From NCBI GenBank assembly GCA_963765495.1, contig CAVXWP010000004.1, forward strand, positions 96,001 to 160,000: a stretch of 64,000 nucleotides of DNA. The letters run 5' to 3'. The position numbers and the translations under genes were made by a program. The first letter of the stretch is position 1, and each line of letters starts with the position of its first letter. The notes below the pieces were generated by a model. The model saw only the letters and a list, made by a program, of their open reading frames with translations. It was not told the origin of the DNA and ran no database searches. This DNA comes from Blastocatellia bacterium (GTDB lineage: Bacteria > Acidobacteriota > Blastocatellia > UBA7656). Shown piece after piece: positions 1 to 9,542 of this stretch.

Positions 1-1379
1 TTTTCAGGCACTGAGTCTGCAACGATCCCACCACCCACCTGATAGTAAACCCGGTTGCCAACCGCGATCAGTGTACGGATCGCTATGTTGAGCGTCATGT
101 TTCCATCGAAGCCTATAAATCCAATTGCGCCTGTGTAGACGTGCCTGCGGGTCGGCTCAAGATCATCGATGATCTTGATGGCGCGTATCTTGGGGCAGCC
201 AGTGATTGATCCGCCTGGGAATGTGGCGCGTAGAATATCAACCGCATCAACATTTTCTCGGAGCCTGCCGCGCACAATGGAGATTGTGTGAAAGAGTGTT
301 GGCAGTCGTTCTAAGTACCGGTGCTGTACAACTTCGACCGTGCCATATTCGCAAACCCGTCCGAGATCGTTTCGCTTCAGGTCAACTATCATCGCCAACT
401 CTGCTGCGTCCTTGTAGCTGTTTCGAAGTTCAGCTTCAAGTCTTTCATCCTCGACTCTTGTGCGTCCTCTGGGCCGCGTTCCCTTGATAGGTCTGGTTTC
501 TATATAATTATTCGCGCTCGATAAGAAAAGCTCAGGCGAGGAACTGATAATAAAATGGTCGGCACAATTGAGATAGGCACCATAAAATGAAGGGTTACTC
601 ATACGCAAACTTGAAAACAATTCGAATGGCGAACTGTTCAGTTGATGGCAGAATCTCTGTGAGAGATTTACCTGATAGATGTCGCCTGCATAGATATGGT
701 CCAAGGCTTCTCGCACGGCAGCAAAGTACTGACTCTCAGTCATGTTAGATTCAGAGGGGTTGCTTTCACTCTTCAAGCTTGAGTCGGGCGCGGCTTTTAT
801 TTGAAGCCGTGGAGTGATTGCTTGCTCAATTTGCGCCAGTCGCTGCTCAAGCCGGCGATCACAATCGACGCCACTTAATGATGGCGAAATTCCTGAGACT
901 ATCCATTCGTTTTCCAAATGATCGAATACAAGAACCGTCTCATAAAATCCCAAACAACAATCCGGTAGACTCAGGTCATCTACGGCATTGAGAGTTTCAT
1001 AGCTCTCTATGAAAGGGAAAAGATCGTAGCCAAGATAACCAATGGCCCCGCCGCCAAATCTAAACCCGTTTGGTAGTTGCCATTCCGGCTGCCGTCTCTG
1101 CAAAAGTCTTCTCAATGCCTCGAATGGGTTCTCGACACTTCGCTGCCACTCGCCACCGGCCCTGACATCGACCTTATTGCCCTTAGACCTCAACACCACT
1201 TCCGGCTCCCAGGCCAGGACCGAATACCGACCTTGATTTGTGTCGACTCTGGAAGAGTCGAGAAACACAAAATAATCTTCCTTGTGGAATGCCGCCGCGA
1301 CTTCAAATGGGCTATAGTTGAGACGGAGTTTGCGCGCATAGGGTCGTACCTTCGAAGCGTGTGTCAGGTTCTGCATCAT
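1..1379 (-). CDS. pabB: Aminodeoxychorismate synthase component I (3' end beyond window)
   Basis: Manual minus-strand translation from ATG at 1379/1376 is open to the window edge. It contains GGAIGYLGYD, AGDIYQVNLSQ, SSPELFL, RPIKGT (Lys typical of ADC synthase, versus PIAGT in TrpE), MIVDLKRNDLGRVC, FPGGSITGCPKIRA and GGGIVADS. Confidence 0.85.
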   Translation of the reverse strand, partial: MMQNLTHASKVRPYARKLRLNYSPFEVAAAFHKEDYFVFLDSSRVDTNQGRYSVLAWEPEVVLRSKGNKVDVRAGGEWQRSVENPFEALRRLLQRRQPEWQLPNGFRFGGGAIGYLGYDLFPFIESYETLNAVDDLSLPDCCLGFYETVLVFDHLENEWIVSGISPSLSGVDCDRRLEQRLAQIEQAITPRLQIKAAPDSSLKSESNPSESNMTESQYFAAVREALDHIYAGDIYQVNLSQRFCHQLNSSPFELFSSLRMSNPSFYGAYLNCADHFIISSSPELFLSSANNYIETRPIKGTRPRGRTRVEDERLEAELRNSYKDAAELAMIVDLKRNDLGRVCEYGTVEVVQHRYLERLPTLFHTISIVRGRLRENVDAVDILRATFPGGSITGCPKIRAIKIIDDLEPTRRHVYTGAIGFIGFDGNMTLNIAIRTLIAVGNRVYYQVGGGIVADSVPE

Positions 1380-1960
1380 CGTCCGCCGTATTCAAGAAAA
1401 TTTCGCAGGATCTTTTTCCCTTCGGGAGTCAGGAAGGACTCTGGATGAAATTGTATACCTTCTAGAGGCAATCGCCTGTGACGTAAACCCATGATGATTC
1501 CGTCATCGGTGTAAGCACTCACCTCCAGGTCAGGGCCGACTGTAGCAAAATCAACGACTAAAGAATGATACCGCGCCACTTCGATATTCCCAACGATCCC
1601 CTTAAATAGCCCCTTCCCATCGTGTCGGATCATGGAGACTTTGCCGTGCATCGGGGAAGCTCGGATGATCGCGCAACCGTAAACCTGGCCTAGACACTGA
1701 TGCCCGAGGCAGACGCCAAGTAAAGGAATGCGACCGGCGACCGCGCGAACGATATCGAGAGAATTGCCGGAATCCATCGGCCCGCCCGGTCCCGGTGAAA
1801 TGATCACACGATCCGGCAAAAGAGATAACACCTCTTCGGCCCTTATTGCATTGTTGCGATAAACCGTCAGTTCAGCACCTTCGGCACCAAGACATTGCAC
1901 AAGATTGTAGGTAAATGAATCGAAGTTGTCGATTACCAGCACTTTCATAATCTTCTTCAA
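1376..1960 (-). CDS. pabA: Glutamine amidotransferase component II of ADC/anthranilate synthase
   Basis: IDNFDSFTYNL, ISPGPG, GVCLGHQ, RYHSL and QFHPES motifs. Its stop overlaps the pabB start. Confidence 0.9.
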   Translation of the reverse strand: MKKIMKVLVIDNFDSFTYNLVQCLGAEGAELTVYRNNAIRAEEVLSLLPDRVIISPGPGGPMDSGNSLDIVRAVAGRIPLLGVCLGHQCLGQVYGCAIIRASPMHGKVSMIRHDGKGLFKGIVGNIEVARYHSLVVDFATVGPDLEVSAYTDDGIIMGLRHRRLPLEGIQFHPESFLTPEGKKILRNFLEYGGR

Positions 1961-2035
1961 ATTTGAACCGAAAAAAGGCGAAACTCAACCTATTTTAAAA
2001 AGAAAATTCAAAAATGTGTGTGGCCTTATGTAATT

Positions 2036-3126
2036 GAGGCCCCGGCACAATTGCCAGGGCCAAGTGGTTGAAATGGTGGTATTTGCCTTGACAGGAGGCA
2101 AATATGACTACCACCGACAATCACATCTTTAAAATACTTGAAAAAGTGGGCGAAATCTATGCTCCGCCTACTAAAGCAAAGAGAGGCCGTCCTTATGATT
2201 ACTCTGAATTGGTGATGCTCAGAGTCTTTCTTCTTATGGTTCTTAAACGCATAAAGGAATTTCGCTGCCCTTTATCGCTACCTCCAGGCTCATGCTGCTT
2301 TGCAGGTTGCTTGCGGCCTTGAGAAAATGCCTGACGAATCTACCTTGCGTAAACGGCTCAAAAAGTTGAAACCTGCCGTCAAACGTCAGATTCGTGCCTG
2401 GGCTGCTGAGTTGATTGAGCAAGGGGTTAGTTTTGCTCAAGTAGCGGCTGTTGATAAGAAAATGATTGAGGCTCAAGGTCCTCTCTGGCATCAGAGTGAT
2501 CGACAGCACAATCGCATTCCAGAAGGTCTGCGCGGAGTAGATCGAGATAGCTGCTGGTGCTGCTCTAAGTATAGAGGATGGGTTCAAGGCTACGGCTCTC
2601 ATATCGCGGTTGTGGCTACTCCCGGCCAGCCAATCGTCCCGCTTTGGGCCGATTTCACCAAGAATAATGAGCAAGAAGCGAAAGTGGCCTCTCAGTTGGG
2701 CAGAGAGTTGCCTGATGAAGTCAAGAAGATACTGGGAGATATTGGTTAGGATGACCCTGAGTTGAGAAAGGGGCTTGAGCGATATGAGAATCATTTGTTG
2801 GAAATATGTTTGATAGTGCCTATAGAAGTAAAAGAGAATACGCCAGGAAAGCGACGACGCTATGGAAGCATCTATGAGAATAATCGAGAGTTGTATAGAA
2901 GAAGAAAAGTAACCATAGAGCCATTCTTTGATCGGCTGGACCAATGTTTTGACATAGAGCCAGCGTGGATGAAAGGGCTTGCAAATAACGAAAGCCTGGG
3001 AGTGTTGTGGGTAGCAGCCTATCAATTGATGATGTTGTATCTTCATGAGCAAGGAGAAAATCCAGAGCATGTCAAGCAACTGATTGACATCTTGTGAGTT
3101 ACGGCTCCGATTTGTGCCGGGGCCTC
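2036..3126 (+). mobile_element. Insertion sequence (DDE transposase, IS5/IS982-like), 1091 bp
   Basis: Perfect 15-bp terminal inverted repeats GAGGCCCCGGCACAA (2036-2050) and TTGTGCCGGGGCCTC (3112-3126). AATT flanks both sides (2032-2035, 3127-3130). Transposase remnants lie inside. Family assignment is tentative. Confidence 0.85.
2104..3097 (+). pseudogene. Transposase pseudogene (frameshift plus nonsense codon)
   Basis: Three ORF pieces (2104-2322, 2300-2749, 2762-3097). There is one extra base near 2263-2266 (KEFR|ALYRYLQ) and an in-frame TAG at 2747-2749 in GDIG*DD, where GDxGYD is expected. DDE-like motifs AAVDKK and RRKVTIEPFF are present. Confidence 0.85.
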
Positions 3127-3145
3127 AATTAAATGGCCCTGTCTT

Positions 3146-5569
3146 TCAACCGACTCTGACTCGCAGGTGATCGCCGAGGCTTTCAAAGTGCTCCATCCAT
3201 CTGATCGCATCCCTGTCTCCGCCTTCGACCTTTTTCATGACCAGCCCGAACGTGCCCCTGTTTACAAGAAAGAGGTTTTTCTGAGCCTGCCATAAATCCA
3301 GTTGCAGCGACATCGGCTCAAGCGTTGTAAACATCCCGTCAATCACGCCGAGCAGCGCCACATCCATCGGCGAGTTTGAAAACTCAACCATCAATGAATT
3401 GATTTTGCGGCTCGCGATGAAACTGAGCGTCGTTCGGTCTACGTCGAATTTCCACTTCTGGACCTCTCCTACCAGCCGTTTCAACTCGTTCAAATCGGGC
3501 CTGCCGTTTTCAAGCGCCCGCTGCAAATCGGCGTTGATTGTGAATTCGGCGGTCGTCGAGAGCGCCTTCGGTATAGGTGTCTGCAACTCTCTCATAACCT
3601 GCATTATCGGATAATGATGATGATAAATCTGGCGGAACGAACTGCCTATATCCTGGAGGGTCGTTTCGAGGATGCGATTGAATACGCGCCTCTGCTCGTC
3701 CCTGAACAGATGCCAGAGCGAATAGTTGTGCGCGCCGAAATGTTTATCTATCAGGTGAATCATTTCAGGCACATCGCTTCGGTTGAACGCCTCGTTCATC
3801 TCGCGCTCCATCACGACAAAGGATTCCTCGTCCACAAATTCGCGCACCCCTCCGAGCAGGTTGTGATCGCCCAGATGCAGAACTCCAAAGGTCACGGACT
3901 CTTCCTCTTCCGTCACGTTTGACCGCATGTGTAGCTGCCCGAGCGCCATTCGCTGACGCCCCGCTTCCTTCAGGTCATACCTCTCCCGATCTATTTTATA
4001 TGAATAGATGGTAACCGACTCCGGGTAAGGTTCGAACAGAGACGAGACGGCATAATGCGCGCCGACTCTCAGCAGATCGATGATGGCGGGCTTCACATAA
4101 CGCCTGTAAACCTCCGCGCCGTTTCCAAGCTCGGGCAGGTTGCTCGGCGCTCGTTCGATCATCTCAAGAAAAGTCTCTTCGAGTTTCGCGCCGCTCACCA
4201 TCTCGCCAAGCTGTATGGCGCGAGCCGCGTATTGCAACACCTGCGTAGTCTCTATCCCTGAAATCTCATCGAAGAACCAGCCGCAGCTTGTATACATAAG
4301 CAAGGCGTGGCGTTGCATTTCAAGCAGGCGATACACCTCCACCTTTTCGTCTTTGCTCAACGGGTGACTGACCTGTTCTTCAAAGAATCTCGCTACGTTT
4401 TCAAGCCCTCGGTCGAGGATCACATCGAGATAAGCATCCCGGGCCTGCCAGGGATCGCGCATATAACGAGCCATCTCTTTTTCGTAAATCTTGATAAGCT
4501 CGTCTCTGAGCCAGTCGAGCGCGATGCGAAGAGGGGCTCGCCATTTTTGATTCCAGCCCGCCCGCCCCGAATTACATCCGCAATCGCTGCGCCATCGCTC
4601 GATGCCGTGAACGCAACTCCAGGATGAGTTTTCTATGATCTCGACTTCGTGCGTGGGGGGGAATTTTTCAAGAAACTCGCCGTAGACGGTGATCTGCGCC
4701 AGATCGTTCGATTCGATGTGATGCAGGCAATAAGAGAGCGCCATCTCTCCGAAGCGATGATGATGCCCGTAAGATTCTCCATCGGTAGCGATGTGCACAA
4801 GCTGAGCCTGATCGCCGTCTCCACTGAGCACGCCGAGCAGGCGGTTTGCGAACGTCTCTCCGCTTGAGAGCATCCCGCCAAAGGCTATGTCCTGAGAGAT
4901 TGGACCATCATAAAAGAAGAGGCTGATCGTCTTGCCCGATGGGAGGCGGCACAGGTAAGGCATGCGCGGATCGATTCTTGCGCCGCTCACATCTTTCCAT
5001 TTTTTCAAGTTAATCTTTCGCACGCGGCTGGCCTGACCGGGCGCAAGAATCGTAAAGGAGATGGAGTGTCTGGCGAGGACTTCAAGCGTCTCGATATCGA
5101 CGGCGGTTTCGGCCAGCCACATCCCTTCGGGTTTTCGTCCGAAGCGGTGCTGAAAATCCTTTATCCCCCAGATGACCTGCGTCTCTTTGTCCCGCGCGTT
5201 GGCAAGCGGCATGATCATGTGGTTGTAAACCTGCGCGAGGGCCGATCCATGGTCTGAGCACCGCTTCCGGCTCTCCCTGTCTGCATCGAGTATCGCCTTA
5301 TAGATTTCGGGCGTGTGTTTCTCTAACCAGAACAGAAGCGTCGGCCCGAAATTGAAGCTTATTCGAGAGTAGTTATTTACGATGTCCGTGATCTTATGCT
5401 CGGCGTCGAGTATATGGCTTCCGGCGTTTGGCCCGTAGCATTCGGCCGTTATCCGTTCGTTCCAGTCGTGGTAAGGGTAGGCGGAATCCTGACGTTCGAT
5501 CTCTTCGAGCCAGGGATTCTCTCTCGGGGGTTGATAAAAATGTCCGTGAATACATACGTAACGATTCAT
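3146..5569 (-). CDS. Glycoside hydrolase family 57 / DUF3536 protein
   Basis: HGHFYQPPRENPW, GMWLAETAVD, ATDGESYGHH, SSWSCVHG and MYTSCGWFFD motifs; located in an alpha-glucan operon. Confidence 0.9.
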   Translation of the reverse strand: MNRYVCIHGHFYQPPRENPWLEEIERQDSAYPYHDWNERITAECYGPNAGSHILDAEHKITDIVNNYSRISFNFGPTLLFWLEKHTPEIYKAILDADRESRKRCSDHGSALAQVYNHMIMPLANARDKETQVIWGIKDFQHRFGRKPEGMWLAETAVDIETLEVLARHSISFTILAPGQASRVRKINLKKWKDVSGARIDPRMPYLCRLPSGKTISLFFYDGPISQDIAFGGMLSSGETFANRLLGVLSGDGDQAQLVHIATDGESYGHHHRFGEMALSYCLHHIESNDLAQITVYGEFLEKFPPTHEVEIIENSSWSCVHGIERWRSDCGCNSGRAGWNQKWRAPLRIALDWLRDELIKIYEKEMARYMRDPWQARDAYLDVILDRGLENVARFFEEQVSHPLSKDEKVEVYRLLEMQRHALLMYTSCGWFFDEISGIETTQVLQYAARAIQLGEMVSGAKLEETFLEMIERAPSNLPELGNGAEVYRRYVKPAIIDLLRVGAHYAVSSLFEPYPESVTIYSYKIDRERYDLKEAGRQRMALGQLHMRSNVTEEEESVTFGVLHLGDHNLLGGVREFVDEESFVVMEREMNEAFNRSDVPEMIHLIDKHFGAHNYSLWHLFRDEQRRVFNRILETTLQDIGSSFRQIYHHHYPIMQVMRELQTPIPKALSTTAEFTINADLQRALENGRPDLNELKRLVGEVQKWKFDVDRTTLSFIASRKINSLMVEFSNSPMDVALLGVIDGMFTTLEPMSLQLDLWQAQKNLFLVNRGTFGLVMKKVEGGDRDAIRWMEHFESLGDHLRVRVG

Positions 5570-7396
5570 TCAGGTCTCCATTCTGTACAAGACAACACTC
5601 TGAGGCATGATAATAAAACTTTGATTGCGGTCCAGAGTATAAGGCATAGACGGGCCGGGACCATTCCAGGCTTCGTCGGAAGAGTCGAGTAATTTTTGCC
5701 ATCGCCCTTCGGGGATGTTGCCCGAAAAGCTCGCGCTGGTTTTATTAAAATTCAGGATGATTAAGACATGGCTCGCCTCGGTCCACCGCCTCAAGAATAT
5801 CAGCGGTTCGGCCTCCAGAGAAGTAACATCCATAAAATTTTTATCGAGTCTTGCGAGCGCGGGAATCTCTTTCCTCAATCTGACAAGTTCTCTGTAAAAA
5901 TCGAGCAGGTTTTTATGAGCGCCCTCATTTCTCTTCCCCCAATCGAGCTTCGATCTCAGGAAAGTCTCTTCGGCCTGCGGGTCGGGAGGCTCGCCCTGCC
6001 AGCGAAACTCTTCGAACTCGGCCTTGCGCCCCTCGCGCACCGCTGCGATCAGCCACTCATCCGAGTGCGAGACGAAATAGAGGAACGGGGATGTTTCGTC
6101 GTACTCTTCGCCCATAAAGAACAGCGGAACAAAGGGCGAAAGCAGCACCGCGCCTGCCGCAAGCTTTGCCGCTTCAAAACCGGCTGCCTGAGCGAGACGT
6201 TCGCCCAGCATGCGATTGCCTACCTGATCGTGATTCTGATTGAAGACTACAAATCGGCGGGCGGGCACATCAATTGAAGAACTGCCGTGTCGCCGCCCTC
6301 TGTACCGCGAGTATTGCCAGTCATAGACAAAGCCCTCGCCGTATGCCTTTACGAGATGGGAAAGCTCTCCGAAATCCTCGTAGTACCCGGCGCGTTCGCC
6401 CGTAAGCAGAGCGCGCAACGAATGATGAAAATCATCCGACCATTGCGCGTCGATCCCGTATCCACCCGCCTCGCGAGGGCGGATAATCCTTGTATCATTC
6501 AGATTGCTTTCGGCGATGAGATAAAGATCCCTCCCCTTCTCTCTGGAGAACTCTTCGACGGCTTCGCTCAGTTCGGCGAGAAAATGTTTTGCGCTCAGGT
6601 CGAGCATAGCGTGTACGGCATCGAGCCTGAGCGCGTCTATATGAAAATCTCTGAACCAGTAGAGCGCGTTTTCTATAAAATAATTTCTTGCCCCATCGCT
6701 GTGGGCATCGTCGAAGTTGACGGCCTTGCCCCACGGCGTATGATATTTCGCCGTGAAGTACGGCGCGAAGCTTTCCAGATAATTGCCCTCCGGGCCGAGG
6801 TGGTTATAGACGACATCGAGCGCAACGGCTATACCATTCTTGTGACAGGCATCCACAAGCCGCTTCAACCCTTCCGGGCCGCCGTATGAGTTTTGGGCGG
6901 CAAAAGGGTAAGCGCCGTCGTACCCCCAGTTTCGCTCGCCCGGAAACTGAGCAATTGGCATCAGTTCGATGGCTGTCACGCCAAGATACTTGAGGTCATC
7001 AAGGCGGTCAATGATCGCTTCAAAAGTCCCCTCGGGCGTAAACGTCCCTACGTGTAGTTCATAAAAAATGATCTCTTCCAGGGACACGCCCCGCCACGCG
7101 GCATCCTGCCAATCAAAGGCCGTGTGCGCTATAACTTCGGATGGGCCGTGCACGCCACGGGGCTGGAAGTGAGAGGCCGGGTCTGGCCTGTGTATCTGTC
7201 CGGGCAGGATGTAGTCGTAAAGGGTTCCGGGCGCGACACCTTCGGCCACGACCCGCCAGTACCCTCCCTCACCCTTGTGCATGTCGAGGGTCCGCTCGGC
7301 AGGAGAGATTATTCTCAATTTCAGGGTGTCTGAAAGCGGCGACCAGACCACAAATTCACATCTGCCGCCATCAATATAATGCGCGCCAATTCTCAT
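5570..7396 (-). CDS. treZ: Malto-oligosyltrehalose trehalohydrolase
   Basis: DPASHFQPRGVHGPS, YELHVGTFT, NWGYDG, LRLDAVHA, QWSDDFHH, QNHDQVGNR and FMGEEY motifs. Confidence 0.93.
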   Translation of the reverse strand: MRIGAHYIDGGRCEFVVWSPLSDTLKLRIISPAERTLDMHKGEGGYWRVVAEGVAPGTLYDYILPGQIHRPDPASHFQPRGVHGPSEVIAHTAFDWQDAAWRGVSLEEIIFYELHVGTFTPEGTFEAIIDRLDDLKYLGVTAIELMPIAQFPGERNWGYDGAYPFAAQNSYGGPEGLKRLVDACHKNGIAVALDVVYNHLGPEGNYLESFAPYFTAKYHTPWGKAVNFDDAHSDGARNYFIENALYWFRDFHIDALRLDAVHAMLDLSAKHFLAELSEAVEEFSREKGRDLYLIAESNLNDTRIIRPREAGGYGIDAQWSDDFHHSLRALLTGERAGYYEDFGELSHLVKAYGEGFVYDWQYSRYRGRRHGSSSIDVPARRFVVFNQNHDQVGNRMLGERLAQAAGFEAAKLAAGAVLLSPFVPLFFMGEEYDETSPFLYFVSHSDEWLIAAVREGRKAEFEEFRWQGEPPDPQAEETFLRSKLDWGKRNEGAHKNLLDFYRELVRLRKEIPALARLDKNFMDVTSLEAEPLIFLRRWTEASHVLIILNFNKTSASFSGNIPEGRWQKLLDSSDEAWNGPGPSMPYTLDRNQSFIIMPQSVVLYRMET

Positions 7397-7436
7397 AATA
7401 TATGTTGAATCGAATGAGCAAGACCCGGAAAGCTTT

Positions 7437-7538
7437 AATAGGCCGGGATGGGCGCGGACCGGGCGGATTTACACTGATTAACTCCTATAAAGTCAGATCC
7501 GCGAAAATCCGCCCGATCCGTGTCATCCGTGGTCTATT
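7437..7538. repeat. 102-bp REP/MITE-like palindromic element (degenerate copy), overlapping the glgB stop
   Basis: AATAGGCCGGGATGGGCGCGGACCGGGCGGAT...ATCCGCCCGATCCGTGTCATCCGTGGTCTATT. Same length and similar arms as the copy at 37959-38060. Confidence 0.75.
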
Positions 7539-9529
7539 TCGTCGCGCTCTGTTTCCAGTTCGCTTTCCACCGTTTCCGTAGAAGCATCTTCGGATTGGTC
7601 GCCCTGACGTTTGAAAAATATCACGCTCAGAGGCGGCAGCGTGAGGGTGATCGAGTTGTATTTGCCGTGCAAAGGAACGGGAGCCGACTCGACGCCTCCG
7701 AGGTTGCCGTAACCGGCCCCGCCGTACTCTTTCGCGTCGCTGTTGAGCATCTCTTTCCAGAAGCCCGCCTGCGGAACACCAAACCTGTAATTGTGTCTGG
7801 GCACGGGCGTGAAATTGCAGACAATCAGTATCGTGTCGGCTTCCGACTGCCCGTGTCTGAGAAAGCATATGATGCTTTTGTCGGAATCGTGAAAATCTAC
7901 CCACTCAAACCCCGCCAGTTCGAAATCTCTTTCATAGAGCGCGGGTTCGTTTCTGTAAAGCTGATTCAACTCACGCGCCCACCGTTGCAGTTTCTCATGA
8001 GTCGGGTATTGCAGTATGTCCCAATCGAGGCTCGAATCGTGATTCCACTCTTTCCACTGGCCAAACTCGCTCCCCATAAACATCAGCTTCTTGCCGGGAT
8101 GCGAGTACATGTACCCGTAAAGCGACCGCAGGTTTGCGAATTTTTGCCACTCGTCGCCGGGCATCTTGCCTATCATAGAGCCCTTCCCGTAAACGACTTC
8201 ATCGTGCGAAAAAGGGAGCATGAAATTTTCAGCGAAGGCATACCAGATGCTGAAGGTCAGCTTGTTATGCTGATATTTTCTGTAGACCGGATCGGCTGAA
8301 AAATAATCGAGCGTGTCGTGCATCCAGCCCATATTCCATTTCATGTGAAACCCCAGCCCGCCCAGATAGGTAGGGCGCGAAACCATAGGCCAGGCCGTTG
8401 ATTCTTCGGCTATCGTGCGCGTGTCGGGATAGGCTTCAAACGTCGCCTGATTGAAGTTCTTTAGAAATTCTATCGCTTCTATGTTTTCTCGCCCGCCGAA
8501 TTGATTTGGTATCCACTCGCCCTCTTTTCGCGAATAATCCAGATAGAGCATCGAGGCCACCGCGTCCACTCTCAGCCCGTCGATGTGATACTTGTCCAGC
8601 CAATAGATCGCGTTGCTGATCATGAACTCTCTCACCTCATTGCGGCCATAGTTGAAAATATAGCTGTTCCAATCGGGCTGAAATCCCTTTCTCAGATCGG
8701 CGTGTTCGTACAGATGCGTGCCGTCGAAGTAGACAAGGCCGTGCTCGTCTTGCGGAAAATGCGAGGGAACCCAATCGAGGATCACGCCTATCTGGTTCTG
8801 ATGCAAAGCGTCTACCAGATGCATGAAATCCTGCGGGGTTCCATAGCGGCTGCTTGGCGCGAAATAACCTACGATCTGATAGCCCCACGACCCAAAGAAA
8901 GGATGCTCCATCACGGGCATGAACTCTACGTGAGTGTAGCCCATCTCTTTGACGTAGGCGGGAAGTTGTTCGGCAAGCTCTCTGTAGCTCAAAGAGCGAT
9001 TGCCGTCTTCGAGCACTCTTCGCCACGAACCCAAGTGAACTTCATAAACAGAGAACGGCGCGTCAAGCGAATTGTTGGCGGCGCGATTCTCCATCCACTC
9101 CCCGTCCTTCCATTCATATTCGAGGTTCCACACTACGGAGGCAGTGCGTGGCGGAACCTCCCAGTGAGCGGCGTATGGATCGCTCTTGTCAACTATGTAG
9201 CCGTGGTACTGAGACTCGATGTGATATTTATAAACCGTCCCCTGGTCGAGCGAGGGGATAAAACCCTCCCAGATGCCCGACCCGTCTTCTCTCACTTTCA
9301 ACGGATGGCTGGATATGTTCCACTCGTTGAAATCGCCCACTACGGAGACTGATCGCGCATTCGGTGCCCAGACGGCGAAGTGAGTCCCCTTTGTGTCTTC
9401 TATAGTCATCGGGTGGGAACCCATCTTCTCGTAAAGCCGATAGTGGCTGCCTTCCTTAAAGAGATAAATGTCGTGATCGGTAAACGGGCTAACGTCATGA
9501 ACTACTTGTTGTTCGAGGTTCGTTGTCAT
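7523..9529 (-). CDS. glgB: 1,4-alpha-glucan branching enzyme
   Basis: [55 protein letters not shown] and HPGKKL motifs. Confidence 0.95.
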   Translation of the reverse strand: MTTNLEQQVVHDVSPFTDHDIYLFKEGSHYRLYEKMGSHPMTIEDTKGTHFAVWAPNARSVSVVGDFNEWNISSHPLKVREDGSGIWEGFIPSLDQGTVYKYHIESQYHGYIVDKSDPYAAHWEVPPRTASVVWNLEYEWKDGEWMENRAANNSLDAPFSVYEVHLGSWRRVLEDGNRSLSYRELAEQLPAYVKEMGYTHVEFMPVMEHPFFGSWGYQIVGYFAPSSRYGTPQDFMHLVDALHQNQIGVILDWVPSHFPQDEHGLVYFDGTHLYEHADLRKGFQPDWNSYIFNYGRNEVREFMISNAIYWLDKYHIDGLRVDAVASMLYLDYSRKEGEWIPNQFGGRENIEAIEFLKNFNQATFEAYPDTRTIAEESTAWPMVSRPTYLGGLGFHMKWNMGWMHDTLDYFSADPVYRKYQHNKLTFSIWYAFAENFMLPFSHDEVVYGKGSMIGKMPGDEWQKFANLRSLYGYMYSHPGKKLMFMGSEFGQWKEWNHDSSLDWDILQYPTHEKLQRWARELNQLYRNEPALYERDFELAGFEWVDFHDSDKSIICFLRHGQSEADTILIVCNFTPVPRHNYRFGVPQAGFWKEMLNSDAKEYGGAGYGNLGGVESAPVPLHGKYNSITLTLPPLSVIFFKRQGDQSEDASTETVESELETERDEIDHG

Positions 9530-9542
9530 TTCAGAATCCTTT

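Noticed and set aside
2250-2275. Programmed frameshift in the IS transposase
   Set aside because: The required shift is +1 with no slippery run, and a separate in-frame TAG exists, so decay is the simpler explanation.
2243-3079. 278-aa minus-strand ORF inside the IS
   Set aside because: Antisense to the transposase, with no recognisable motifs.
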